32,000 nt of DNA, from positions 1,350,001 through 1,382,000 of the forward strand of contig OY969425.1 of NCBI GenBank assembly GCA_963699255.1, written 5' to 3'. A model generated the notes under the pieces. That model was not told where the DNA came from. It did no database searches and worked only from the letters and a program-made list of their open reading frames with translations. Below, piece by piece: positions 9,493 to 18,091 of the stretch (positions are counted from its first letter, which is position 1; each line of letters begins with the position of its first letter). The stretch is from an uncultured bacterium (GTDB taxonomy: Bacteria; Margulisbacteria; WOR-1; CAVSGV01). The position numbers and the translations under genes were made by a program.

Positions 9493-10542
9493 CTATCTTC
9501 TGAATATCCTGAAGATGTCATTAACCGTCAAAACGGCCATTAGCGCCAGCAATAGGGTTAACCCTACCTGATGGATCTTATTTTCCAGTTCAATGTCGAC
9601 GGCTTTTTTTCTGATGCCTTCTATCACAATGAATACAAGCCTTCCTCCGTCGAGAGCCGGGATCGGCAAAAGATTTATCAGCCCGAGGTTTATGCTCAAA
9701 AAAGCCGTGAACGAAAGCAGGGGTACGAACCCCTCTCCTGCCACCTGCCCTGTGAATTGAGCTATGCCGACCGGCCCGGCAAGATCAAGGACGGATACTT
9801 TTCCGATGATCAGAAGAAAAAGCGTGTAAAGGATGACTATTGAGGTCGCGACCACCTGTTTCAAGCTTTCATACAGCGCAAGCAGCGGATTTGTTCTGAC
9901 ATATATCGGTTTAAGCGAAAATCCCATAAGCCCTATTTTCAATCTTTTGTTAAGCTGCGGGACAGCGTTGATCTTCAGCATCTTGCCGCTCCTGTCGATG
10001 GCCAAGACAAGTGTTTTCCCGGCGCTTTTATGGATCTGGTCGACCGCCTCGGCCATACTGGAGATTTTCTTCCCTGATAAGGCTATTATCTTGTCGCCCG
10101 GCTTTATGCCCGCTTTATCCGCGATGGAGGCCGGAACAACGGTAGATATCTCGTTCGAGATATCTTTCGGCACGCCCGTGAATACGAACATTACATAAAA
10201 AATAATGAAGGCAAGCAGGATGTTGAATGCCGGGCCTCCAAAAATGGAAAGGAACTTCTGCTTTGGCGTCTTGCTCAGATAACTTTCTTCCGTGGAATAT
10301 TTATCATCCTTCATCTCTTCTTCAGGGTTCGTGCCCGCTATGCGGATGAATCCCGCGATCGGAAAAAGGTTCAACGTATAAAGCGTCCCCTCTTTCACAA
10401 AACCGAACAGCCTGGGACCGAACCCCAGTCCAAGCTCAAGGATCTTTATGCCAGCCCGGCGGGAAAAGACATAATGGCCGAATTCGTGTGCCAGTGTGAC
10501 CACGCCGAATACTACAATGAAGGAAATTATGGATATCAACAT
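9493..10542 (-). CDS. rseP: RIP metalloprotease RseP (site-2 protease, PDZ domain)
   Basis: HEFGH zinc motif, FGGPAFNILLAF, PDZ GIKPGDKIIALSGKKI, LPIPALDGGRL. Confidence 0.95.
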   Translation of the reverse strand: MLISIISFIVVFGVVTLAHEFGHYVFSRRAGIKILELGLGFGPRLFGFVKEGTLYTLNLFPIAGFIRIAGTNPEEEMKDDKYSTEESYLSKTPKQKFLSIFGGPAFNILLAFIIFYVMFVFTGVPKDISNEISTVVPASIADKAGIKPGDKIIALSGKKISSMAEAVDQIHKSAGKTLVLAIDRSGKMLKINAVPQLNKRLKIGLMGFSLKPIYVRTNPLLALYESLKQVVATSIVILYTLFLLIIGKVSVLDLAGPVGIAQFTGQVAGEGFVPLLSFTAFLSINLGLINLLPIPALDGGRLVFIVIEGIRKKAVDIELENKIHQVGLTLLLALMAVLTVNDIFRIFRR

Positions 10543-11434
10543 TACCTGAGCGCTGCCTCCTCGATCTTATTTGCCACCTCGAGAGCGGATAATCCATCCT
10601 CCCCCGTAACTGACGGTTTTATTTTTCTGATGATCGAATCCACAAAGTCCTTCAGCTCATGGTTGAGCTGGTCAAAAGGCTCTATCACGATGGTTTTTGA
10701 ACTTCCTGCGGATGACACCTTCAGGCTCCTGTTAAGAAGGTCCGCCTCATAGCTCTCTTTCCTGCCTGCAGCGATGAGTTTTCTGACCTTTTCGCCGTGC
10801 ACCCTGCTCGCGCTGATATTGGCAATTACGCCGTTCTTAAAGACCAGGACCGCTGACGCCTGGTCGAGCCTGTCGGTCTTTACTTTTTTGCCAACAGCGT
10901 TTAACTGTTTAACTTCGGATTTCGAAAGCTTTATCGCGAGATCTATATCATGTATCATCATATCGATTACGCATGAAACGTCGGTTATCCTGGCGGGAAA
11001 AGGCGAGAACCTGTTGATGTCTATTATGTCGGGGACATTTTTCCCAAGGCGGGCAACAAGCACCACATATGCCGGATTGAACCTTTCTATATGCCCGACC
11101 GCAAGGACTCGCTTTTCAGACTTTGCCTTATCGATCAGTTTTTTCCCTTGATCAACGGTGACCGAGATCGGTTTTTCAATGAGAACGTGGCGTCCGGCAT
11201 CAAGCGCAGCCATGCCGGCATCAAAATGTGTTGATGTTGGGGTTGTGATCGAAACAGCCTCTACGGCATTGAGCAGCTCATCGTAGTCGCTGAAGAATTT
11301 GGTCCCTGCGGCGCCCTGGACGGATCGATATCATATACCCCTACTATATCGACTTCAGGAATGCTGCCGTACTGCTTAAGATGGAAGCCGCCCATGACCC
11401 CGCAACCTACGACCCCGACTTTAACGCGTTTCAT
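10542..11434 (-). CDS. Gfo/Idh/MocA-family oxidoreductase (apparently frameshifted near 11310-11320)
   Basis: N-terminal MKRVKVGVVGCGVMGGFHLKQYGSIPEVDIVGVYDIDPSRA in one frame, continuing in another as AGTKFFSDYDELLNAVEAVSITTPTSTHFDAGMAALDAGRHVLIEKPIS...; 893 nt, not a multiple of three. Confidence 0.8.
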
Positions 11435-12532
11435 TTTCCGGTAGAATTCCTTGATGGCTACCGCGACCTCGGTGATCTGGGGCTCCGTCAGTTCCGGGAA
11501 GATCGGAAGGGAGAGAACCTCCTCCTGCGCCTTCTCGCAGTTAGGCATATCCCCTTTCTTATATCCGAGGTTTTCATAGACCTTCTGAAGGTGAAGCGCC
11601 AGCGGATAATAAATCATTGCGCCTATGCCCTTCGTTTTTAAATATTCCTGGAGTTTGTTCCTGTCCTTTGCCCTTACCGTGTATTGATTATAAACATGTC
11701 TCACGTTCGCGTATTCTTTCGGCGTTTCAACCGTTCCGGATATTAATTTGTTATACAAACCCGCGTTCTTTCTTCTTGCTTCCATCCAGGTCTCAAGGTG
11801 ATTCAGTTTTACCCTCAATACCGCGGCCTGGATCTCATCGAGCCGGCTGTTAAGGCCGACCATGTCATAATGATATGTCGTTCTGCTGCCATGCCCTCTT
11901 AATACTCTGACCGTATTGTAAATGTTTTCGTCGTTGGTGATGACCATTCCGCCGTCGCCGAAGCCCCCGAGGTTCTTCGTTGGGAAAAAGGAAAGGCATC
12001 CCGCGTCACCGATCGTAGATACGTGGCTGCCATGATATTTGGCCCCTATGGCCTGGCAGGAGTCCTCTATTACCTTCAGGTTGTGTCGTTTTGCCTCCTC
12101 CATTATCGGGTCCATGTCCGCCGCCTGGCCGAAAAGGTGGACGGGGATTATCGCTTTTGTTCTTTTGTTGATCTTTGCCTTGATCCTGGCGGGGTCAATA
12201 TTGAAGGTTCCGGGATCTATGTCAACGAACACGGGTTTTGCCCCGACTAAAGAGATAACTCCGGCGGTAGCAATGAAGGTGAATGGCGTCGTTATGACCT
12301 CATCGTCTCTTCCTACGCCGGCAGCTCTGAGGGCGAGATGGATGGCGTCCGTGCCGGATGCGACACCCACGGCGTATTTCGAGCCGTGGTACGCGGCTGC
12401 TTCTTTTTCGAGTTCGGCAACATTGGGCCCGAGGATGAACTGGGCGCTGTCCACAACGGCCGCTATCGCGGCATCGATCTCTTTGCGGATCTTAGAGTTT
12501 TGTATCTTTAGGTCAAAAAATGGAACAGACAT
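11261..12532 (-). CDS. DegT/DnrJ/EryC1/StrS-family PLP aminotransferase; ORF runs through without a stop into the oxidoreductase N-terminus
   Basis: MSVPFFDLKIQNSKIRKEIDAAIAAV..., VGVASGTDAIHLALRAAG, EDSCQAIGAKYHG, SFFPTKNLGGFGDGGMV (PLP lysine). The aminotransferase proper ends at about 11435. Confidence 0.92.
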   Translation of the reverse strand: MSVPFFDLKIQNSKIRKEIDAAIAAVVDSAQFILGPNVAELEKEAAAYHGSKYAVGVASGTDAIHLALRAAGVGRDDEVITTPFTFIATAGVISLVGAKPVFVDIDPGTFNIDPARIKAKINKRTKAIIPVHLFGQAADMDPIMEEAKRHNLKVIEDSCQAIGAKYHGSHVSTIGDAGCLSFFPTKNLGGFGDGGMVITNDENIYNTVRVLRGHGSRTTYHYDMVGLNSRLDEIQAAVLRVKLNHLETWMEARRKNAGLYNKLISGTVETPKEYANVRHVYNQYTVRAKDRNKLQEYLKTKGIGAMIYYPLALHLQKVYENLGYKKGDMPNCEKAQEEVLSLPIFPELTEPQITEVAVAIKEFYRKMKRVKVGVVGCGVMGGFHLKQYGSIPEVDIVGVYDIDPSRAPQGPNSSATTMSCSMP

Positions 12533-12574
12533 AATAGAGGGTCATTATATCAAAATCCGGGGGGTTGGGCAAGA

Positions 12575-14143
12575 TTAAGGATTGCTGACTTCTTTTTTCA
12601 ATGCCTCCAATATTTCCACCATCGTCATCGTGTCCTGTCCGCAGTATTTCTCAAGGTCAGCCCTTACCTTCGCTTTTTCATCTTCAGCAACATCTTTGAA
12701 AGTAACATCCATGTACCTCTTCATCGCCTCCCCGCCTTCGCCTATGCCCAGGCCTTTATAAGGATCCCGGCCTATCAGTGGTGGGGACACTTCCTTTATA
12801 GAAGTGCTTCCCTCCTGCTTGGGGTTGTAATAATAGAACTTATCGAATGGCTCCTCAAGGTCGATAAAACGGCCTTCTATATTACTGTTGAACCAATCCT
12901 CATATTCAGGGTCGCCTAAAGAAGCTTCTTTGATGCGATCCCTTTCAAAGGTCATGTTGTATGCGACTATCGAGCCAACACTGCCGAGCAACTTCTTAAG
13001 GCGCAACAGGATCTCGGGCCTGGGGTCCACATCCCCCGGAGCTAAATAACTGTAGTGCTCCGGTTTTTCACCTTTTTTCTTCACTATGTGCAATGAGAAC
13101 TGGAACGGGATCTGCTGGTATGAATGGGAATTTGAGTAAATGGGCACCGCAGCAGAGATCGTTTCAAAATCAAGGAAATAAATGGGATACTTTATCTTTT
13201 TCAGGAACCCCGACAGCAATTTGGGCTTTTTCTTTGGCTCCCTGTCCCTGTGCGCTTCTATCTGCATCCGCTTGGGATCCTTGATGTCGGCAGTAAGCGG
13301 GATGTCGCCTATCTTAAATATCTTTTTCTCGAGCATCTCAAAACGCAGGCCTTCCCTGTCCATCCTGAGGCGCATGACATTCCCTTCCTTGGGAAGCCCG
13401 AGCTCATCTTCACAGTACTTATCAAGTTTGCACCCCTTGCAGTACCGCCCGAGTTTTATGGTGGGCGCTTTTTTTTCGTTGAGGATGCTGAGCAGGTATT
13501 CAATGTTGTTTTCAACATGCGGGACCTGCGCGTCTATTCCGGAGCGGATCTTATCAATGATATCTTTATCGAGCTCCTCGGCTGGCTTGATAAGCTCGCT
13601 AAGCAGCAGCTCCTCGCCGTCGTAAACATATTCCCTGTTGAGGTGCATTATGCTGAAACTCCGTACCTTTATCCCAGCGCCGGCGTAAACGTATATCTGA
13701 AAAGCAACATCAGTAAAAAAATAATTTATCCTGCCGCTAAGGAAGGTGTTAATGGATTTGTTTTCAATCAAGGTGGATGCCTTTACCTCGTAAAGCTCCC
13801 ACTGGTCCTTTTCGGAGGGCAGCAGGATGTCCGCAAGTGCATAGCCGTTCTTATAAATAAAACCCGCCTCAAAAAGCGGTTTGCGCAGACCCAGCGCCTC
13901 AATGGACCTCCTGTGCATCACATCAGGGTCAAGCGCTCTGTCTATCCTTATGCCGTCAGGAAAAAGTTCCCTAGCCTTCTCACCAACAAGCAGTCCATCA
14001 TCCATCCTTATTCTGTCGACAGCCGTGTCCGGGGGAATAACCGACGAATCGTTCACCTCAAACCAGAGGAACTTTGGACATCGCACGCCGGTTAAATAAC
14101 GCGATTTTGATATGTATCTTTTCGGATTGTTCATTTCACTCAA
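12575..14143 (-). CDS. DUF2779-type protein: Cas4-like PD-(D/E)XK nuclease with 4-Cys (Fe-S-like) motif plus C-terminal DEDD/RNase H-like exonuclease
   Basis: GVRCPKFLWFE, ADILLPSEKDQWELYEVKAS, YCKGCKLDKYC; then YFLDFETISAAVPIY, AYNMTFERDRI, YCGQDTMTMVEIL. Confidence 0.85.
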   Translation of the reverse strand: MSEMNNPKRYISKSRYLTGVRCPKFLWFEVNDSSVIPPDTAVDRIRMDDGLLVGEKARELFPDGIRIDRALDPDVMHRRSIEALGLRKPLFEAGFIYKNGYALADILLPSEKDQWELYEVKASTLIENKSINTFLSGRINYFFTDVAFQIYVYAGAGIKVRSFSIMHLNREYVYDGEELLLSELIKPAEELDKDIIDKIRSGIDAQVPHVENNIEYLLSILNEKKAPTIKLGRYCKGCKLDKYCEDELGLPKEGNVMRLRMDREGLRFEMLEKKIFKIGDIPLTADIKDPKRMQIEAHRDREPKKKPKLLSGFLKKIKYPIYFLDFETISAAVPIYSNSHSYQQIPFQFSLHIVKKKGEKPEHYSYLAPGDVDPRPEILLRLKKLLGSVGSIVAYNMTFERDRIKEASLGDPEYEDWFNSNIEGRFIDLEEPFDKFYYYNPKQEGSTSIKEVSPPLIGRDPYKGLGIGEGGEAMKRYMDVTFKDVAEDEKAKVRADLEKYCGQDTMTMVEILEALKKEVSNP

Positions 14144-14219
14144 ATAATATTCTCCTTGCCTAGCGAAAGCAAGCTCCGAAGCATGGGGGCCCAGGATCCT
14201 CTTGCCGTAATTAATAATG

Positions 14220-14237
14220 TATAGTAATATTACTATA
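14220..14237. promoter_or_regulatory. 18-bp perfect palindrome TATAGTAATATTACTATA, operator candidate
   Basis: Perfect self-complementarity; ends 1 nt before the ATG of the AbrB-like ORF and overlaps a TTGCCG-N17-TAATAT promoter candidate (14202-14230). Confidence 0.55.
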
Positions 14238-14238
14238 T

Positions 14239-14427
14239 ATGGGCTACCCCACGAAGATGCAGGCGATAAAAAGAGGTAGAAGCTGGCAGTGGTTCATTAA
14301 TTTTCCCGCCGCCATTGCCGCAGCGATGGGGTTCAACAAATCTGAAGTGGTTGAGTGGGAGATCGTAGACAGGAACACGCTTAAGCTAAAAAGAGGAAAA
14401 CAAAAACCCTCAAGAAGAAATCAATGA
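14239..14427 (+). CDS. Small AbrB/MazE/SpoVT-like DNA-binding protein (orphan)
   Basis: KMQAIKRGRSWQWFINFPAAIAAAMGFNKSEVVEWEIVDRNTLKLKRGK resembles swapped-hairpin AbrB-like regulators. Confidence 0.6.
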   Translation: MGYPTKMQAIKRGRSWQWFINFPAAIAAAMGFNKSEVVEWEIVDRNTLKLKRGKQKPSRRNQ

Positions 14428-14468
14428 ACGATGATGATGAGCCGGCCAAAATAATGAACGCCCGGTAG

Positions 14469-15320
14469 TTATAGTGAAGCTGTCTTCTGTGCAGCCTTCA
14501 AAGTATTTTTTAGAAGCATCGCTATCGTCATTGGCCCTACCCCTCCTGGCACCGGCGTAATGAAGCCCGCAACATCTTTTACTTTTTCAAAATCCACATC
14601 GCCGGACAGGCCCGCGGAAGTTCTGACCGTTCCAACGTCGATGACTATCGCGCCCGGCTTCACCATGTCGGCCGTGATCAGCTTTTGTTTTCCGATCGCG
14701 GTTACAAGTATATCGGCCTGCTTTGTCACCGACCCCAGATCGATCGTTCTTGAGTGGCATTGAGTAACGGTTGCGTTTTCCCTTAGCAGTAAAATAGCCA
14801 CCGGTTTGCCGACCAGGTTGCTGCGCCCGACGACAACAGCCCTCTTTCCCTTTATCTCGATGCCTGTCAAGCGTATCAAATCCAAAACTCCCTGCGGAGT
14901 GCACGGAACCAGAGGGTCCCCTTCCCCTTTTACAAGCAGTCCCATGTTCTGTATTCCAAGGCCATCGACATCTTTTGAAGACGATACAGAATTAATGACA
15001 TTTTCTTCAGATATCTGGTCAGGCATAGGCAGTTGGACAAGTATCCCATGAACGCTTTTATCTTTGTTGAGTTGTTCAACAAGTCTGATGATATCTGATT
15101 CTTTTGTATTGGCCGGCAGTTTGTGGGTTTCTGAAAGGATGCCCACATCAGCGCAAGCCTTTTCCTTATTAGAAACATAGATGTGAGAAGCCGGGTCGTC
15201 CCCAACAAGAACCACGGTGAGCTTAGGGTTAACACCCTTCGCTTTAAGGCTAGAAACGTCACTTTTCAGCGCCTCTCTTATCTGTTTAGCCCTTGCTTTG
15301 CCATCAATTATTTGCCCCAT
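14469..15320 (-). CDS. folD: Bifunctional methylenetetrahydrofolate dehydrogenase/cyclohydrolase FolD
   Basis: VGDDPASHIYVSNKEKACADVG, GILVQLPMP, KDVDGLG, PCTPQGVLDLI, VVVGRSNLVGKPVA, PGGVGPMTIAMLL. Confidence 0.97.
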   Translation of the reverse strand: MGQIIDGKARAKQIREALKSDVSSLKAKGVNPKLTVVLVGDDPASHIYVSNKEKACADVGILSETHKLPANTKESDIIRLVEQLNKDKSVHGILVQLPMPDQISEENVINSVSSSKDVDGLGIQNMGLLVKGEGDPLVPCTPQGVLDLIRLTGIEIKGKRAVVVGRSNLVGKPVAILLLRENATVTQCHSRTIDLGSVTKQADILVTAIGKQKLITADMVKPGAIVIDVGTVRTSAGLSGDVDFEKVKDVAGFITPVPGGVGPMTIAMLLKNTLKAAQKTASL

Positions 15321-15323
15321 TGG

Positions 15324-15332
15324 TTATCCACA
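15324..15332 (+). promoter_or_regulatory. DnaA box TTATCCACA (near-box TTATCCACC at 15337-15345)
   Basis: Exact consensus match between mnmE and folD. Confidence 0.7.
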
Positions 15333-15372
15333 CCTCTTATCCACCTGTGTATATGTATTTTAGCCTCTAAAA

Positions 15373-15388
15373 TGTTTCACGTGAAACA
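15373..15388. promoter_or_regulatory. parS centromere site (ParB binding)
   Basis: TGTTTCACGTGAAACA, exact 16-bp match to the bacterial parS consensus. Confidence 0.95.
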
Positions 15389-15392
15389 TTGT

Positions 15393-16760
15393 CTATTTTC
15401 CGACACAAAAACTCTCAAATATCCTTTCGATCAATTCATCGGTTACAACTTCGCCGGTTACTTCACCCAGGGCAGCGATGGCACCTTTCAGATCGATCGA
15501 CACGAAATCCCCCTGCATCCGCGTTTCCACAGACTCAAGACATTTTTGAAGACAATCCTTTGCCTTGAGCAGGGACTCTTTCTGCCTTAAGTTTACCATT
15601 ACTTCCGCATTCTCCGCCACTACATTATTTGATATTATTGTGTCAAATATCACTTTCTCAAGTTCCCTCACTCCATTGCCGTCCAACGCGGAAACTTCGA
15701 CAGCCTGTTCATTGCCAGTCTTCTTTAAAACATCCTGTATATTAAGTACATTGGGAAGATCGCGCTTATTGAGCACGATTATCCTCCTTATTCCCTTTGT
15801 TTTATCCATCAAGTCCAGATCCTCAACGGAAAGCGCCTGTGATATGTCCAGGAGCAAAAGCACTATATCTGCCCCCTCTATGGCCTTCAAAGCTCTGTTG
15901 ATGCCTATCTTTTCCGTCTTGCTCTCGGTGTGCCTTATTCCTGCAGTATCAAGAACTCTGGCAGGCACCCCCATTATATTAAGGGTTTCTTCAATGACAT
16001 CCCTTGTTGTGCCCGGTTCTTCCGTGACAATAGCCCTTTCCTCCCTGGCCAATGCGTTAAGAAGACTGGATTTCCCAACGTTTGGCTTGCCGGCTATTGC
16101 AATAGATATGCCCTCCCGGTATATTTTGCCAAGGGCGGCGGTATCGATCAGTTTTTCTATTGTAATAGCGGTAGATTCAATTAACTTTTTTGCCTTATCG
16201 CAATTAACGTCCGGCATCTCGTCAGGAAAGTCTATAGAGGCTTCGATCTCGGCAAGGAGACTTAAAAGTCCATTCCTTGCTTCCTTTATCATCGAGGACA
16301 GCGAACCCTTAAGTTGAGAAGCTGCAAGAAGGGAGCCTTCCCTGGTCTTAGCCTTTATGAGATCAATTACTGCTTCCGCCTGGGCAAGGTCGAGCTTTCC
16401 ATTCAAAAACGCCCTTTTCGTGAACTCGCCGCGATTGGCGATACTCGCTCCTGCTTTAACTGCCAACCCAAGCACGTTCTTAAGCACTGTTCCTCCGCCA
16501 TGGCAGCTGATCTCAATTACATCCTCGCCCGTGTAACTTCTGGGAGATGCCATATATGAGACAACTACCTGATCCACCATCCTAGAGTTATCCACAACCC
16601 AGCCATGTCGAATTTGGTGGCTTTTGAAGTCGCCTTTTGATGAAGGCATGAAGATGGATTTAATGATGCCAAGGGAGTCCGGCCCGCTGATCCTTACAAC
16701 GCCTATTCCGGCCTCACCGCCAAGAGGCGTGGCTATCGCCACAATGGTGTCAGGGTGCAC
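15393..16760 (-). CDS. mnmE: tRNA modification GTPase MnmE (TrmE)
   Basis: IVAIATPLGGEAGIGVVRISG, GKPNVGKSSLLNAL, EPGTTRDVIEE, DTAGIRHT, C-terminal FCVGK. Confidence 0.98.
   Translation of the reverse strand: MHPDTIVAIATPLGGEAGIGVVRISGPDSLGIIKSIFMPSSKGDFKSHQIRHGWVVDNSRMVDQVVVSYMASPRSYTGEDVIEISCHGGGTVLKNVLGLAVKAGASIANRGEFTKRAFLNGKLDLAQAEAVIDLIKAKTREGSLLAASQLKGSLSSMIKEARNGLLSLLAEIEASIDFPDEMPDVNCDKAKKLIESTAITIEKLIDTAALGKIYREGISIAIAGKPNVGKSSLLNALAREERAIVTEEPGTTRDVIEETLNIMGVPARVLDTAGIRHTESKTEKIGINRALKAIEGADIVLLLLDISQALSVEDLDLMDKTKGIRRIIVLNKRDLPNVLNIQDVLKKTGNEQAVEVSALDGNGVRELEKVIFDTIISNNVVAENAEVMVNLRQKESLLKAKDCLQKCLESVETRMQGDFVSIDLKGAIAALGEVTGEVVTDELIERIFESFCVGK
16588..16596 (+). promoter_or_regulatory. 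DnaA box TTATCCACA inside mnmE
   Basis: Exact consensus match. Confidence 0.6.
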
Positions 16761-16776
16761 CTATATCCTCCTTAGG

Positions 16777-17451
16777 TTATGCTTTGGGCTCAGGCGACTT
16801 TTGCGCCTGGGGCGCACTCGCCTCTGGCGAGGGGGCAAGCACAACCTGCCTGTCAGCTCCCTCTCCCCTGCTGTACGAAGTAAGGTTCGGGAAGCTTTCC
16901 TGAATATACATGTGGATAACCCTTCTGTCAGCAGCTGACATCGGGGGCAACGATTTTTCCTTCCCTGATGTTTCAACATCCCTGGCTACGGCTTCTGCAT
17001 CACGTGTGACCATTTGTTGCCTCTTTGCCCTATAGCCCTCTGCATCAACTATGACCCTTACCCTTTTTGAATGCCTCTTGCTCAGGATAAGCGAAGAAAG
17101 ATATTGAAGCGCATCTATGGTAGCGCCGGCCCTACCAATGATCCTGCCCATATCATCCCCATTGATATCAAGTTGAATGGTGTCTAATTCTTCTCCTTTT
17201 ATCGATACTAACGTCAAAAAGCCCATCTTATCCAGTATCTCCTGAACGACGGTCTTTGCCTGCTCCCCTAAAGGAAGCTTCAACGATACCTCCACTTCCG
17301 CATCCTTTCCGCCAAAAACCCCAAGGACCCCACCCTCAGCCTCGCTTATAACTTTTACATCCACCTCTTCACGCGTTTTCCCCAGTACCTGTAGCGCCAT
17401 GCTAACGGCATCTTCAACGGTTTTCCCTTTCATTTTCACGCTTCCACTCAT
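16777..17451 (-). CDS. khpB: RNA-binding protein KhpB/Jag (Jag-N, KH, R3H domains)
   Basis: KGKTVEDAVSMALQVLGKTREEVDVKVISEAEGGVLGVFGGKDAEV, IIGRAGATIDALQYLSSLI, MSAADRRVIHMYI, SYSRGEGADRQVVL; located next to yidC. Confidence 0.95.
   Translation of the reverse strand: MSGSVKMKGKTVEDAVSMALQVLGKTREEVDVKVISEAEGGVLGVFGGKDAEVEVSLKLPLGEQAKTVVQEILDKMGFLTLVSIKGEELDTIQLDINGDDMGRIIGRAGATIDALQYLSSLILSKRHSKRVRVIVDAEGYRAKRQQMVTRDAEAVARDVETSGKEKSLPPMSAADRRVIHMYIQESFPNLTSYSRGEGADRQVVLAPSPEASAPQAQKSPEPKA
16911..16919 (-). promoter_or_regulatory. DnaA box TTATCCACA inside jag
   Basis: TGTGGATAA on + strand, exact match. Confidence 0.6.
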
Positions 17452-17461
17452 AAATAACCTC

Positions 17462-18091
17462 CTATTTCCTCAGAATATATGTCTGCTGAGCCACCGTCAG
17501 AAGGTTCTGAACAACCCAATACAGCTGAACTCCGGCCGGGAACTTAATGCTGATGAATGCAATAAAGGCGGGCATGAAGTACAGCATGCTCTTTTGCTGT
17601 TTGGCCGCACCCGGCATAGTAAGAGATGTCCAATATGTAGAAATCCCTATAAGGAAAACAAAAATATATGTGATATCAGGCTTAGCCAGGTTGGTTATCC
17701 ACAAGAATTGCGCCTTGGTGCCGGCTGAAGCCAATACTACCGCAAAATCCTTGCTTGTAAGGGCAAAAAACAGGGCTAAAAAGACCGGTATTTGAAGAAG
17801 CATCGGCAGGCATCCCCCGAGCGGGTTTACCCCCTCGCTTTTATATAGCTCGAGGGTTTCCTTCTGAAGCTTCTCCGGCTGGTCTTTAAACTTCTTCTGC
17901 ACGGCTTCCAGCTTCGGTTGAAGCTTTTGCATCGCATCCATCTGCTTTGTTGACTGAAGTGTTAAAGGATAAAGGGCAAGTTTCACCGCTACTGTGAGCA
18001 AAACAATGGCCAATCCCCAATTTCCGCTTATCGCAAAGAAGAATCTAAGCGCCTCAAGCATCCATAAAGATAGTGTGTGTATAATATTCAT
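17462..18091 (-). CDS. yidC: Membrane protein insertase YidC (short form)
   Basis: SGNWGLAIVLLTVAVKLALYPLTLQSTKQMDAMQKLQPKLEAVQKKFKDQPEKLQKETLELYKSEGVNPLGGCLPMLLQIPVFLALF. Confidence 0.97.
   Translation of the reverse strand: MNIIHTLSLWMLEALRFFFAISGNWGLAIVLLTVAVKLALYPLTLQSTKQMDAMQKLQPKLEAVQKKFKDQPEKLQKETLELYKSEGVNPLGGCLPMLLQIPVFLALFFALTSKDFAVVLASAGTKAQFLWITNLAKPDITYIFVFLIGISTYWTSLTMPGAAKQQKSMLYFMPAFIAFISIKFPAGVQLYWVVQNLLTVAQQTYILRK
17695..17703 (+). promoter_or_regulatory. DnaA box TTATCCACA inside yidC
   Basis: Exact consensus match. Confidence 0.6.
18076..18084 (-). promoter_or_regulatory. DnaA box TTATACACA at the yidC start
   Basis: TGTGTATAA on + strand; matches TTATNCACA. Confidence 0.5.

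Noticed and set aside
13250-14095. 281-aa plus-strand ORF
   Set aside because: Lies entirely antisense to the well-supported DUF2779 nuclease gene; no family-like sequence, typical shadow ORF.
12575-14427. Possible CRISPR-Cas or defence island (Cas4-like nuclease plus AbrB-like protein)
   Set aside because: No repeat-spacer array and no other cas, restriction, toxin or transposase genes nearby; surroundings are housekeeping genes.
14239-14427. Toxin-antitoxin pair
   Set aside because: The AbrB/MazE-like ORF has no adjacent small toxin ORF; next genes are folD and the DUF2779 gene on the opposite strand.
15565-16317. 250-aa plus-strand ORF
   Set aside because: Antisense to mnmE; composition (Ser/Leu/Ile-rich) typical of complementary-strand translation.
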